A program made the position numbers and the translations under genes. A stretch of DNA of 64,000 nucleotides from an uncultured delta proteobacterium (GTDB lineage: Bacteria; Myxococcota_A; Polyangia; Polyangiales; Polyangiaceae), in contig CAWKKR010000004.1 in the NCBI GenBank assembly GCA_963850305.1, forward strand, positions 96,001 to 160,000. Reading direction: 5' to 3'. Under the pieces are notes generated by a model, which had not been told where the DNA came from, made no database searches, and worked only from the letters and a program-made list of their open reading frames with translations. Positions within the stretch are counted from its first letter, which is position 1. The number at the start of each line of letters is the position of its first letter. Below, one piece after another: positions 38,120 through 48,296 of the stretch.

Positions 38120-39447
38120 CAGTGGAGCTCTCTTCCGATGGCCTGTTCGATCGCGAACACGGCCGTCCAATAATCGCCCGACGCCTGAACGTGTGCGGCG
38201 TTCGTGGCGAGAAATGTGCGCTGTGAATCGAGCATCTCGAGAAGCGACGCCGCGCCTTTCTCGTACATCGCAGCGACGAGATCACGGGCACGGCGCGCAC
38301 TCACGAGCAGAGACTTGTCCATTCGATCGAGACGGATTCTCGCCGTCTCGAGTGCGGCACGAGCCCCCTCGACGTCGCTCACCACCTGCGCCTCGACCTT
38401 CGCGGCAGCGGCGTCCCCGGACCGGACCTCTGCCTCGGCCTGTTCGACTTCACCTTGATTCTGATAGAAGAGCGGGAGCGGCGCGGAGATTCCAAACATG
38501 ACGGTCGACGGCTGGATCGGGTTTTCGCCGGTGCCCTGGCTCGCGTAGCTTCCCCATATGGCTATATCCGGAAATCGCGTTCGCTTCGTGTAGTCGACGG
38601 CGGCGACCGCGCTTTCGGCACGGCGGCGCGCCGAGGCCAGGTCCGGGCGGTTCGCGAGCGCTTCGCGGAGCACGGTCGCACGATCGAGGCTCTCCGCCGG
38701 AACTCCGATCCGCCGCTGGAGAAGCCCTTCGTCCACGTCGAAGTCCGGAACGAGCTGGCGCACGCCGAGCAGGTACGCGAGCGCCACCTTGGCTTCGCGA
38801 AGATCCCGCTCCGCGCCATTCACGGCGTCGTCGGCCTCGAGCGTATCGGTTTTGACCCGAAGCAAGTCGGCTTCAGAGACCGCACCGGCGTCGTAACGCT
38901 TCTGCACGATGTCGAGAACCTGGGCGGAGTTATCGCGAGCTTCACGCGTAACGGCCAGTAGCGCCTTGGCGACCGCTGCCTGAACGTATTGGGTCTTGAC
39001 CTGGGCCTCGAGCATTCGCTGGGCATCGCGGCGATCGAGCCTGGCGGCTTCGAGGGCGCGTTCCGCGACGCGCGAGCGTAAGACCCGCTTTCCAACGAGA
39101 AGATCGAGGATCGACGCATTGTCGGAGAGTTGCGCGGAGAGCGCGAGAGACGCCGAACCGAACAGCGGAGACTGGAGGGCAGTGCCGACTCCCGCGGAAA
39201 GAGTGGGGTTTGCGACGGCTCCGGCGGCGCGACTCTCGCCCTCGGCAACCTGCACGCTCGCGTCGGCGATGATGAGATCCAGTCCATGGGAGCGAAAAAG
39301 CCTCAGCGCGTCGTCGAGTGTCAGCCGACCCGCGAGCATCGCCGACGGCGGCACGAGGGCACCGTCATCGGCCCGCGCCGTTGCCGCCAGCGCGGCGACC
39401 AAGGTCAGACCGGCGAGATTCCGCATCGCACGAAGTCCGCGGGACAT
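38119..39447 (-). CDS. czcC: TolC-family outer membrane factor (CzcC-like)
   Basis: Signal peptide, RYDAGAVSEADL, PLPLFYQNQG, YEKGAASLLEMLDSQR. Confidence 0.88.
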   Translation of the reverse strand: MSRGLRAMRNLAGLTLVAALAATARADDGALVPPSAMLAGRLTLDDALRLFRSHGLDLIIADASVQVAEGESRAAGAVANPTLSAGVGTALQSPLFGSASLALSAQLSDNASILDLLVGKRVLRSRVAERALEAARLDRRDAQRMLEAQVKTQYVQAAVAKALLAVTREARDNSAQVLDIVQKRYDAGAVSEADLLRVKTDTLEADDAVNGAERDLREAKVALAYLLGVRQLVPDFDVDEGLLQRRIGVPAESLDRATVLREALANRPDLASARRRAESAVAAVDYTKRTRFPDIAIWGSYASQGTGENPIQPSTVMFGISAPLPLFYQNQGEVEQAEAEVRSGDAAAAKVEAQVVSDVEGARAALETARIRLDRMDKSLLVSARRARDLVAAMYEKGAASLLEMLDSQRTFLATNAAHVQASGDYWTAVFAIEQAIGRELH

Positions 39448-39484
39448 GGGGCCCCGGAACCTAGGAGGCCCGCCGTCCCCGCGG

Positions 39485-39518
39485 GTGAAAGACGAGTGAA
39501 GGTTTCTTCATGGTTTCT
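39485..39518. promoter_or_regulatory. 11-bp-periodic repeats upstream of czcC, candidate response-regulator site
   Basis: GTGAA at 39485 and 39496, GGTTTCT at 39501 and 39512, with an embedded TGAAG-GTTT-CTTCA palindrome at 39497-39510. Confidence 0.4.
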
Positions 39519-39556
39519 GCCTCAAAAGCAGGAGCTGGCAGGAAAGTCCAGATATT

Positions 39557-40620
39557 TCAGCAATTTGCCCAGGCTTCCAGTTGACCTTCGCAGCGAACAG
39601 CGCGACGCCGATTCTGGCCACGAGCCTTCGAAACGCGTACTGAGCCGCGCCTCGACGGATCAGCGACGCGACGTCGATGTCGAGCCGCGCGTAAGATGAT
39701 CCTGCCGGCGTCGAGGGTGGCCAGGTCCAAGAATCCGTCGACCGTGGCGGCGAGTTGCCCGAACCCGAGCTGCGCAGTGGCGACAGTCTCGCGCTCCGCG
39801 TCGCCGAAGCGGTGAGCTCCCTCGGCGAGAAGCGCGAACGTCATCTGGAGCGTCGTGAGAGGCGTCCGCAACTCGTGCGAGGCCGCGGCGGGAGTGCTTC
39901 GAGAGCCCCCTCCAGCGTCGCGTTCGCCGCCATCACCTCGCCCAGTTTCGAGCGCCGGAAAGCGCCGACCGCCTCCGCCATTCGATCGAAACCCGCCCCC
40001 AGCGCCGACAGTTCGTCTCGCGTCGACAGAGTTACTCGGCGTTCGAAGTCGTCGTCGGTCATCGCGTCCGCGGCACGCGTGAGCTCGGAGAGCGGTGCCA
40101 GCACCGATCGAGCGACGTGCCAAGCGATGAGCCCGAGCAGGCAAAGCGAGCCGACCCAAGCCTCCGACACGACGAGGGTCGCCTGCGGTCGCCTGACGGA
40201 GAAGAGGCGAAAGCTCGTCCCGGTGGAGGACGCGCACCCGCTCAGAACCGGAGGCGGCGAGCATCACATCGCTCGCCTTCCGGTAGGCCGCCGCGCGGAG
40301 AATGAGCTCGGACAGGAGCGCGCTCTCGGTCGGGTCGACGGTGAGCGCGTTGAGACGGTGGGCGGCCGCGTCGAACCGCGTTCGGAGCGAATAGAGCTGC
40401 GGGTAGTCGGCGGCCCCGCCGGAGGGCGACATGATGAGCACGTCGTCCTCGTCCTCGAGCGTCGCCGCGAGCGTGGACAGGAGCGCCGTGGCCTCCTGGT
40501 CGCTTCGCAGCGCGCCCCCGCGCCCGGGAAGGCCGGGCACGTGCGACAATCCCCGAGCATGATCATGGCGTTGGTGCCGTCGGCGGCTGCGCGCGAAGAC
40601 ATGTGCTCCCTCCATCGCAA
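39557..40620 (-). pseudogene. Decayed sensor histidine kinase (helical sensor, TM, HAMP, HisKA; no HATPase)
   Basis: HAMP PLSELTRAADAM..DELSALGAGFDRMA is in one frame and H-box ASHELRTPL in another. ALP is joined directly to the H-box region, and no N/G1/F/G2 boxes follow. Confidence 0.8.
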
Positions 40621-40826
40621 GCGGCGCGCCTACCGTGAAGCGGCGCGAGATCGATAGATACCGAGCGCGGGCCTGCATATTGCCGGTGCCGGGCCCCGGA
40701 TTCCTGACTTTTGCAGAGCGACGCCGCGCGCGCGGTTGCCTGCGATGAATGGGGATCGGTGACTATGAACCGGAGCCGGTCGCGCTGCCCGAACCGCGCC
40801 ACTTCCTTTCGCGAGTCTTCTCCCAG

Positions 40827-41825
40827 ATGCGAGCCGCCCACGCCGCCAAGGCGTCACTGAGCCTGATTCTCGCCAGCCACGTCGCTCGCGCACAGAGCGC
40901 GACACCTGCGCCGAGGCCGGCACCCACCGCGGAAACAACGGCAAAGCCCGCACCCACGCCCACGCCCACTGGAAGTGCGACGGCCCCCGCGACATCGGGT
41001 GTCGCCGAAGGCTACCCTTCTGCGCCCACACCCGGACCGGCTTCTGCGCAGCCATCCCCGCCCGTCGTTCCACAGGCGGGGACGGCATGGGATTACCCGC
41101 AGCCACCTCCTTCTCCTTATTACCTCGGGTATCCGCCGGTGCCGCCGGCGGGCACAGACAGTGGCAAATTGCCGGTGAAGGAGCGCGAACCGCTCGTCTC
41201 CCGCGCGGAGGTCGGGGGTACTCTGTCCGAAGGGCTCGACGCGACCAACGCGGGAACGCGCGCGGGCGGCTTCTACGGAAGCGGCAGCTATCGATTTGCC
41301 AAGGACTTCCTCGTAACTGGACGCTATGCCTTCAGCGCGGGCCACGTCACGGAGCGCTTGCCGGGCAACAAGGGTGGCCAGTTTGGCGTTCCCGACGACG
41401 TGGACGTGCTCGAGACGCGGCACGCTTTCGATCTCCAGGTCGGCTACCTCCTTCGCGTCGCGGAAGGGCCGATCCAGATCTGGGCCACGCCACTGATCGG
41501 TCCGCGCCTTTCGTTCTTCGTGAACGACGTCGCCACGCGAACGGCTTTCGAGGCCGAGTTCGGTGGGCGAGCCGGCGTCTGGAGCGGCGAGAAGTTGGAG
41601 CTCAGCGTGCTCCTCGCATACGCCCCGGCGATCGCCAAGACACACGACCTGGCCGACGTGCAGGGTCCAATTCTGAGCGAGCTGCGATTCGGCGCGGGCG
41701 CGAACGTGCGCCTCGATGGCCCCCTCGGCATGTCGCTGGCTTACGAGGGCGACGTCGTCACGCTGGATCACCAGACGCTCACCTCGCACGGCCTCTTCCT
41801 GGGCTTTTCTTACGCACTCGAATGA
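40827..41825 (+). CDS. Exported protein with Pro-rich N-terminus and probable outer-membrane beta-barrel
   Basis: Signal peptide ending ARA-Q, P/T/A linker, amphipathic strands, C-terminal GLFLGFSYALE. Confidence 0.7.
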   Translation: MRAAHAAKASLSLILASHVARAQSATPAPRPAPTAETTAKPAPTPTPTGSATAPATSGVAEGYPSAPTPGPASAQPSPPVVPQAGTAWDYPQPPPSPYYLGYPPVPPAGTDSGKLPVKEREPLVSRAEVGGTLSEGLDATNAGTRAGGFYGSGSYRFAKDFLVTGRYAFSAGHVTERLPGNKGGQFGVPDDVDVLETRHAFDLQVGYLLRVAEGPIQIWATPLIGPRLSFFVNDVATRTAFEAEFGGRAGVWSGEKLELSVLLAYAPAIAKTHDLADVQGPILSELRFGAGANVRLDGPLGMSLAYEGDVVTLDHQTLTSHGLFLGFSYALE

Positions 41826-41855
41826 TCACGACTCGCGCGAAGAAACGATAGAATC

Positions 41856-44315
41856 ATGTGGAACATCTTCCCTCGTCGGTTCAATCGACTGACTTTCGCG
41901 TTCGGCGTTACCTGCGTGGCGCTGCTCGTCGCATGTTCGTCGGACCTGAAGACACCGACGGCCGTGATCGCGCAGCTCGGCGTCGACGGGGGCGCGGCAC
42001 AATATGCGGTGGGTACGCAGGTCACCCTCGACGGCAGCGGTTCGACGGATCCGAACGGCGAACCCCTTGCCTTCCGCTGGCGCGTAGCAGTGACGCCCGC
42101 GGGAAGTCACGCCGCGATCGCGGACATCGGCGCGACCACGACGTGGCTCCAGCCGGACATCGCCGGTAGTTACACGGTGGAACTCGTCGTGTCGGACGGC
42201 GCGCTGACGAGCGCTCCGGCGATCGCGACTTTCGTGGCCGGTCCCTGCGGATCTGCCACGCCGAAGATCACCAGTCTCACGACGACTCCGACCCTGCCGA
42301 ACGCGGGCGAGGCCGTCCTCCTTCAGGCCAGCACCTCGGACACAATCGGGGACACGACCTGTCCGCCGGTCGCGCTGTCGTATGCGTGGTCCATTGCTGC
42401 AGTCCCAGCCGGGAGCCATGCATCGCTCAACGACACGACGCTGGAGAGCCCGTCGCTGTTCACGGATGTCCCTGGTTCATATGGGGTCCAGCTGGTGGTC
42501 AGCGACGCTGCCGGCCACGCGAGCGTGCCCGGCACCGTGACAATCGTCGCGACGGGTTGCCCGACCACGACGCCCGAGGTGCTCTCCGTTTCCGCCTCGT
42601 CGACAGCGCCGGATAGCGGCGAGCGGGTCACGCTGAACGCCGTCGTCCAACCGCTCGGTGTCGCACCTTCGTCCGAGATCGACGGCGGGGCCGCGCCCCA
42701 GGGCGAATCGGATGCGTCGACGACCCCGGCCTGCGACGACTCCGCGTTTTACGTTTATCACTGGGTGCTCGAGTCAGTGCCCCCGGGCAGCGCCGCGGCA
42801 ATCGCCGACAGCGCGCTCGAAGATCCATCGTTCGTCACCGATGTGCCCGGAACTTACGTGGCGGAGCTGTTCGTCACGAACCTGGCAGGCCGCGTGAGCA
42901 ACGCCAGACGGATCACGATCGTCGCTGGCGCGTGCGGTACCCACGCCCCGGTGGTTTCGAACGTCGTGGCCACGTCATCCTCGCCCACGATAGGCGAGGC
43001 CGTGGGGCTCTCCGTGAGCGCGACCGACGTCGATACGCAGGCACCGTGCTCGGAGCCAGCCGATTTCCGGTATTTCTGGACATTGACGGCGCTTCCCGCC
43101 GGCAGCGTTGCACGGCTGAACGACGCGACACTCGCTGCCCCCTCCTTCACGCCGGACGTGGCGGGCACCTATGGCGTCTCGGTCGTCGCGGTCGATCCGG
43201 AGGGCCACGAGAGTGCGCCCGCCACCACGACGCTCGTCGCGCGCGCGGCGAGCACCAGCTCGTGCGGCACCAGCCCCCCCGTCGTGACCGGCCTCTCGGC
43301 ATCTCCGATGGCGCCGGATACCGGAGGCGTCGTGACCCTCGCGGCGACGATCAGCGACGCCGACACCGCCGCCCCCTGTTCGCTCACCGAGAGCTTCACG
43401 CTGGCCTGGTCCCTCGCCTCCGTACCCGCCGGGAGCACCGCCGCGCTGAGCGGAACGTCTCAGACGACGCCGTGGTTCAAGGCCGACGTGCCCGGCACTT
43501 ACGTCGTCCGGGTGCTGGCGACGGACTCGCACGGCCTATCGAGCGCGCCGAAGTCCGTTACGGTGACCGCGACTCCCTGCGGCGATGCCGCCCCGAGCGT
43601 GACGTCGATTATTGCATCGCCTGCGTCGACGACGGTCGGCTCGGGCGTCTCGGTCAGCGCGCAGCTCGCTGACTCGGACACGGGCGGAACGTGCAAGCTC
43701 GCGGAGACGTTCACGTATGCGTGGGCCCTGACCTCCGTGCCGCCCGGCAGCACCGTGACGCTCACGAGCTCGAACACGCCGCTGACCGCATTCGTCCCGG
43801 ACGAGCCTGGAACCTACGTCGTGAGCCTCGTCGCCACCGACTCCGAAGGGCACTCGAGCGCGGCCGCAACGCAATCCATCACGGCGACGAAGCCTTCGAC
43901 CTGCGGGCAAGCCGTGCCGCTCGCGCGGCTCGCGGGATTCACGGTCGGCGCGTGCTCGGCGACCAGCTGCACGACGGCGACAATCTCGCCCGCCGTCACG
44001 AGCGCTCCGAACGCGACACCGCCCGGCTACTCGATAGCTCTCGGAGGCCACGCATCGGTACGACTCGACGGCTCCGCGAGCTTGGATCCGGACAATGCGG
44101 CCCCGTGCAACGCAGGTCAGACGCTCACCTACGCCTGGGCCATTCTGGCCGCACCCGTCGGCTCGTCCGCGCACTGGGATATCGGCGCGGGCCCCACGAC
44201 CACGCTCGTCGCCCCCACGTTCGTCGCCGATGTCCCCGGCACGTATCAAGTCGCGCTGACCGTCTCGGACGGCACTCACGCGAGCTCGCCGCTCGTCGTT
44301 CAACTAGCGCTTTGA
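41856..44315 (+). CDS. Lipoprotein with seven PKD/Ig-like repeats
   Basis: Lipobox LVAC. Seven copies of W.....P.GS......P.F..D..G.Y.V.L.V.D, and LDGS.S.DP in repeats 1 and 7. Confidence 0.85.
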   Translation: MWNIFPRRFNRLTFAFGVTCVALLVACSSDLKTPTAVIAQLGVDGGAAQYAVGTQVTLDGSGSTDPNGEPLAFRWRVAVTPAGSHAAIADIGATTTWLQPDIAGSYTVELVVSDGALTSAPAIATFVAGPCGSATPKITSLTTTPTLPNAGEAVLLQASTSDTIGDTTCPPVALSYAWSIAAVPAGSHASLNDTTLESPSLFTDVPGSYGVQLVVSDAAGHASVPGTVTIVATGCPTTTPEVLSVSASSTAPDSGERVTLNAVVQPLGVAPSSEIDGGAAPQGESDASTTPACDDSAFYVYHWVLESVPPGSAAAIADSALEDPSFVTDVPGTYVAELFVTNLAGRVSNARRITIVAGACGTHAPVVSNVVATSSSPTIGEAVGLSVSATDVDTQAPCSEPADFRYFWTLTALPAGSVARLNDATLAAPSFTPDVAGTYGVSVVAVDPEGHESAPATTTLVARAASTSSCGTSPPVVTGLSASPMAPDTGGVVTLAATISDADTAAPCSLTESFTLAWSLASVPAGSTAALSGTSQTTPWFKADVPGTYVVRVLATDSHGLSSAPKSVTVTATPCGDAAPSVTSIIASPASTTVGSGVSVSAQLADSDTGGTCKLAETFTYAWALTSVPPGSTVTLTSSNTPLTAFVPDEPGTYVVSLVATDSEGHSSAAATQSITATKPSTCGQAVPLARLAGFTVGACSATSCTTATISPAVTSAPNATPPGYSIALGGHASVRLDGSASLDPDNAAPCNAGQTLTYAWAILAAPVGSSAHWDIGAGPTTTLVAPTFVADVPGTYQVALTVSDGTHASSPLVVQLAL

Positions 44316-44401
44316 TTCGGAGCAATCACGGGAAGTCGAGGCGCCCGTTTGGGGTCCAGAACCCTTCCCGCGCTTACCGCTTCGGAGCGAGCAGTCCTGG
44401 G

Positions 44402-46207
44402 TCATTGCAAGCTGGCAGGGCCGTAGTCGACGAACCCGGGCGTTCCGACCTCCGGCATGCCGAAGGCCTGCTGGAACTTGACGATAACGCTGGTCTCGGC
44501 CGCAGGATCGTGGCGATCGAGCGGGACGCCCACGTCGACACGGAAGACCTCTCGTTCGAAGAATGGGAATGCGAGCCGGAGACCGCCGCCGACTCCTTGC
44601 CGTAGCTTCATCGTCGAGAAGTTCTGGAACGCATCGCCCACGTCGTAGAAGGCGACCAGGCCCGCCTGCACGGAAAAGATCTCGATGGGCCGCGACCGAA
44701 CTTCCACGTTCGACACGAGGAGTTCCGGACCGACGAAGGCCTGCGATCGGTATCCGCGGAGCCGTGTGGTGCCGCCCAGAGTCTGAAGCGGGTTCAGATA
44801 GTTGTCGTACCGGTCGAGCACCGAGCCGTCGTAGACGATGCGCCCGAACGGAAGGCGGGGCGTGACGATGCGCACGCCCGCTTCCGCAGAACCGTCGGAT
44901 TCCTCGGGTGCCGAGAGCTGGATGCTCGACAGACCATAGACACGCGCGAGCCCGTCCGAGAACCCGACGGTGTAGCTCGCCTCCGCGGCGAGGCCCAAGA
45001 GGTTCCGTGTAGAGCCGAGCGCGCGCATCGCCGGGTACGCGCGGAGATAGACCTCGTGCCCCAGCTGGTAATCCTCCTGGAGGCCGAGCGTCTCCAAGTC
45101 GAGCACGCGCAGGAACCGCTTCCGATAAGCATGGAGCTGGACGAAGGGACTCAGCCGCGTATCGCTCACGGGTAGCAATCTCTGAAAGTCTTCCTGGACG
45201 ATCGCTGGCTCACGCGACAGATCCGGCGGCCGATACACGAAGCGATCCGCCTCGAGCCCGAACGAGACGTCGTTCTTGTTCGCGTCGCCGAACGAGCGCA
45301 CGGCAGAGAACTCGCCCTGGATCACGTCCTGGTGAAATTCGTACGGAACGTTGTCGGGAGTCGGCGTCGACGTGAAGTCGATACCCACGGCGCGATCGCC
45401 GGAGCAAATCGACTGCCCCACGGTGCCCGCGGGTCGCACGATGCCTTCGTTCCATCCGACCTTCGCGGCCCAGCCCCACTCCGTGAACGTGGAATAGAGT
45501 GGCTTGCCGTAAGAAAATTCGCCGTTCGAGCCTTCGACCGCGTTGGTCGTGCAGTCGAACACGACGTTCGCGTTCGCGGCCGCTTGCAAGCGGCTTCCGG
45601 CAACGCGGGGGTCGACGAAGCCGAGCCCGAGCGTGTACGTCGGCCGATCGAGGAAGATGTTCGCGTAGACCGTCTTGTGGAGACCCAGAAAATTCTCTTC
45701 CGATGGCTGCAGATAGAGGGATTGAAGCTTGTCGTTCACGAGCGCAAGGTCCCAGTTGAGGCGAAGGCTCCACACGTCCTTCGTGACGACCAGGAGCCGT
45801 ACACGGTCGCTCGAGCTGCCTTTGAGAGGAACGATGAGCACGGCCGAGAGCTGCGGCACGCGGAGGTTTCGTTCGCTCTCATGCACACGCCCGACGTCGT
45901 AACGGTCCCCGACCTTGAGCAGGAGCTCCCGCTCGATGACCTTCTTGCGCGATGTCGCGTGGAACCAGTTGAGAAATCGTGGAATGACGTCACGGGGCTC
46001 GAAGACCTCGAGCGCCACGATCTCCACGGACTCGATCCGCTTCCTGCCCGGCGCGGGATCGATCTCGCCGCCCACCTCGGTCACTCCGATGCGGATGCTC
46101 TCCTTTTCGTAATCCGAGAAGGGTTCCGCGGATGCGGTCGCCGCCACGCCGAGAAGGGCGAGCAGGCAGCCCAGATGGAGCCTTGCCCGAACGCCTCGCG
46201 ACCACAT
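44402..46207 (-). CDS. Omp85/BamA-TamA-family outer membrane protein
   Basis: Signal peptide, POTRA-like VIERELLLKVGD..ESERNLR, LGG..RLRGY, FYDVG, GGGLR..RVDVGVP, C-terminal QAF. Confidence 0.8.
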   Translation of the reverse strand: MWSRGVRARLHLGCLLALLGVAATASAEPFSDYEKESIRIGVTEVGGEIDPAPGRKRIESVEIVALEVFEPRDVIPRFLNWFHATSRKKVIERELLLKVGDRYDVGRVHESERNLRVPQLSAVLIVPLKGSSSDRVRLLVVTKDVWSLRLNWDLALVNDKLQSLYLQPSEENFLGLHKTVYANIFLDRPTYTLGLGFVDPRVAGSRLQAAANANVVFDCTTNAVEGSNGEFSYGKPLYSTFTEWGWAAKVGWNEGIVRPAGTVGQSICSGDRAVGIDFTSTPTPDNVPYEFHQDVIQGEFSAVRSFGDANKNDVSFGLEADRFVYRPPDLSREPAIVQEDFQRLLPVSDTRLSPFVQLHAYRKRFLRVLDLETLGLQEDYQLGHEVYLRAYPAMRALGSTRNLLGLAAEASYTVGFSDGLARVYGLSSIQLSAPEESDGSAEAGVRIVTPRLPFGRIVYDGSVLDRYDNYLNPLQTLGGTTRLRGYRSQAFVGPELLVSNVEVRSRPIEIFSVQAGLVAFYDVGDAFQNFSTMKLRQGVGGGLRLAFPFFEREVFRVDVGVPLDRHDPAAETSVIVKFQQAFGMPEVGTPGFVDYGPASLQ

Positions 46208-46261
46208 GGGCCTGTTCGTAGCTGATCCGGTTGGGGCCTCAAATCAGGTAATGTCCGCCGC

Positions 46262-47404
46262 ATGTGGAGCTCGCTAGCCAGACCGTTCAAGACGGCTCTC
46301 GCGGTCGTCGGAGTATTGACAGTCGCCCTGAACTGCAACTCGCGCGCGCAATCGGGGGCCATGGCGACGCCCTCCGCCGAGCCGCCCGCGCCGACGGCTT
46401 CGACGGCCATCCCCCCGCTCTCTCCGGACTCCCGCACCGAGGACGAGCGAAATACGATCGCCGTGTTCCGCGCGGTCGCGAGATCCACGGTGTTCGTCAC
46501 GGAACGCCAGCTCGTGATAGACTATTTTCGGGGGCAGGCGGAAGAGGTCCCGGCCGGCGCGGGCAGCGGCTTCATCTGGGACATGGCCGGGCATGTCATC
46601 ACGAACTTCCACGTCGTGAAGGACGCGCGCTCGCTGGTCGTCACGCTCCAGGATCACAAGAGCTACGAAGCGACCATCGTCGGGGTCGAGCCGCGGAAGG
46701 ACATCGCGGTGCTCCAGATCAAGGCGCCGAACCAGGAGCTCACGCCGATCCGCGTGGCCGACAAGATCCCGCGCCTCGAGGTGGGACAAAAGGCGATCGC
46801 CATCGGCAATCCGTTCGGGCTCGATCAGACACTGACCACCGGCGTCATCAGCGCGATCGGGCGCGAGGTTCAAGGCATCGGCGGCGTATCGATTCGCGAC
46901 ATGGTCCAGACCGACGCGGCCATCAACCCCGGCAACTCAGGGGGGCCGCTGCTCGACTCTTCGGGTCGTCTCATCGGCATGAACACGATGATCTACAGCC
47001 GGAGCGGCACGTCCGCCGGCATCGGTTTCGCGGTACCCGTCACGAGCATCGCCCGCGTCGTGCCGCAGATCATCAAGACGGGCCACGCTGAACAGGTCGG
47101 GCTCGGGATCCAGATCGATCCGGCGCAGCGGCTCGAGCAGCGCGCGAACATCGAGGGCGTCGTGGTCCTGCGCGTCGTCGCCGGCTCACCCGCCGAAAAG
47201 GCAGGGATCCGGGGCATCGAGCAAGATCTCTCGGGTATCACCCTCGGAGACGTGCTGGTTGCGATCGGCAAGGACCGCATCAAAAACTACGATGACCTCT
47301 ACAACACGCTCGACCGCCACCACGCCGGCGAGCACGTCGAGGTGACACTGCTCCGCGACGGCAAACCCCTCAAGATGACGCTGGAACTGGTATCGCTGCC
47401 ATGA
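46262..47404 (+). CDS. HtrA/DegP-family serine protease with one PDZ domain
   Basis: TNFHV, DIAVL, QTDAAINPGNSGGPL. Confidence 0.93.
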   Translation: MWSSLARPFKTALAVVGVLTVALNCNSRAQSGAMATPSAEPPAPTASTAIPPLSPDSRTEDERNTIAVFRAVARSTVFVTERQLVIDYFRGQAEEVPAGAGSGFIWDMAGHVITNFHVVKDARSLVVTLQDHKSYEATIVGVEPRKDIAVLQIKAPNQELTPIRVADKIPRLEVGQKAIAIGNPFGLDQTLTTGVISAIGREVQGIGGVSIRDMVQTDAAINPGNSGGPLLDSSGRLIGMNTMIYSRSGTSAGIGFAVPVTSIARVVPQIIKTGHAEQVGLGIQIDPAQRLEQRANIEGVVVLRVVAGSPAEKAGIRGIEQDLSGITLGDVLVAIGKDRIKNYDDLYNTLDRHHAGEHVEVTLLRDGKPLKMTLELVSLP

Positions 47405-47793
47405 CGACCCCATCGCTCAAGCCGGCCCGGCGCGCAGCCATCGGGGTGCTCGCGACGATTCATATTCTCGGTATCCTTGGCTCGCCCTTCGCGGCCCATC
47501 TTCACCTGTGGCAGGCGGGCGCGACCCCGCATCAAAACTTCCACGTCATCTGGGAGGCGTGCAAGTACGCGACGGCATCCTTCTTCGCGCTTGCGATCGT
47601 GCTCGGGCCGCTCGCGAAGGGAGAACGCTGGGCATTCTCGGTCATCGGGATCGGCACCATCGTCATGTTCGGCGGCGTGTTCTTCGCGAACGCCATCACC
47701 CACGGCGGCCCGCTCATCGATTTCTGGTCTTACGGCTCGTTCCTCGTCCTGTCGGTGCTCGCGCTCGGTGTGCTGGCCCGCGTGCCCGCCTGA
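47401..47793 (+). CDS. Small four-TM hypothetical membrane protein
   Basis: Four hydrophobic segments with HQNFH. ATGA overlap with the protease gene. Confidence 0.65.
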   Translation: MTTPSLKPARRAAIGVLATIHILGILGSPFAAHLHLWQAGATPHQNFHVIWEACKYATASFFALAIVLGPLAKGERWAFSVIGIGTIVMFGGVFFANAITHGGPLIDFWSYGSFLVLSVLALGVLARVPA

Positions 47794-47831
47794 CGCGACG
47801 GGCGATTGAATGCCGGTCGCGAAGGTGCGAG

Positions 47832-48125
47832 CTACCTGTCCTTGTGCCGCTCCGCGCGGAGCTGAGCCCAGCGGGCCTTGAGCTCCTCTTCGCTGAGGAC
47901 GCCGTCGTTGTTGGTGTCCCCGGGCGCGAGACGCTCCCTCAGGCGATCGGGTAGCTCCGCCAGCTGAAGCTTTCCGTCGCCGTTCTTGTCGAAGTGTTTG
48001 ATGAACGCCGCGGGATCGCGGTGAGGATGGTGCTCCTCGCCGTCGTCCGCGAGGGCGGACCGGGACGACAGCGGGAAGACACAGAGGCTGGCAAGAACGA
48101 CCCATCGAGAACAGGAAACTCTCAT
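47832..48125 (-). CDS. Exported EF-hand protein
   Basis: Signal peptide, DKNGDGKLQLAE and DTNNDGVLSEEE. Confidence 0.85.
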   Translation of the reverse strand: MRVSCSRWVVLASLCVFPLSSRSALADDGEEHHPHRDPAAFIKHFDKNGDGKLQLAELPDRLRERLAPGDTNNDGVLSEEELKARWAQLRAERHKDR

Positions 48126-48296
48126 GTCCGTCAAGCTAGTCGGACCGCGCGGCGCGCGCCCGGCGGCGCCGACGAGCCGTGGCCCGTTCCGAGGATCACG
48201 CGGAATTCAGGCACTCCCCGGAGCGTGCCCCGCTGGTTTGGTGTACGAGCCGCGATTCGCCGGGCGCTCGTGCTGGCTTCCGCCTACGCGAGGAGG

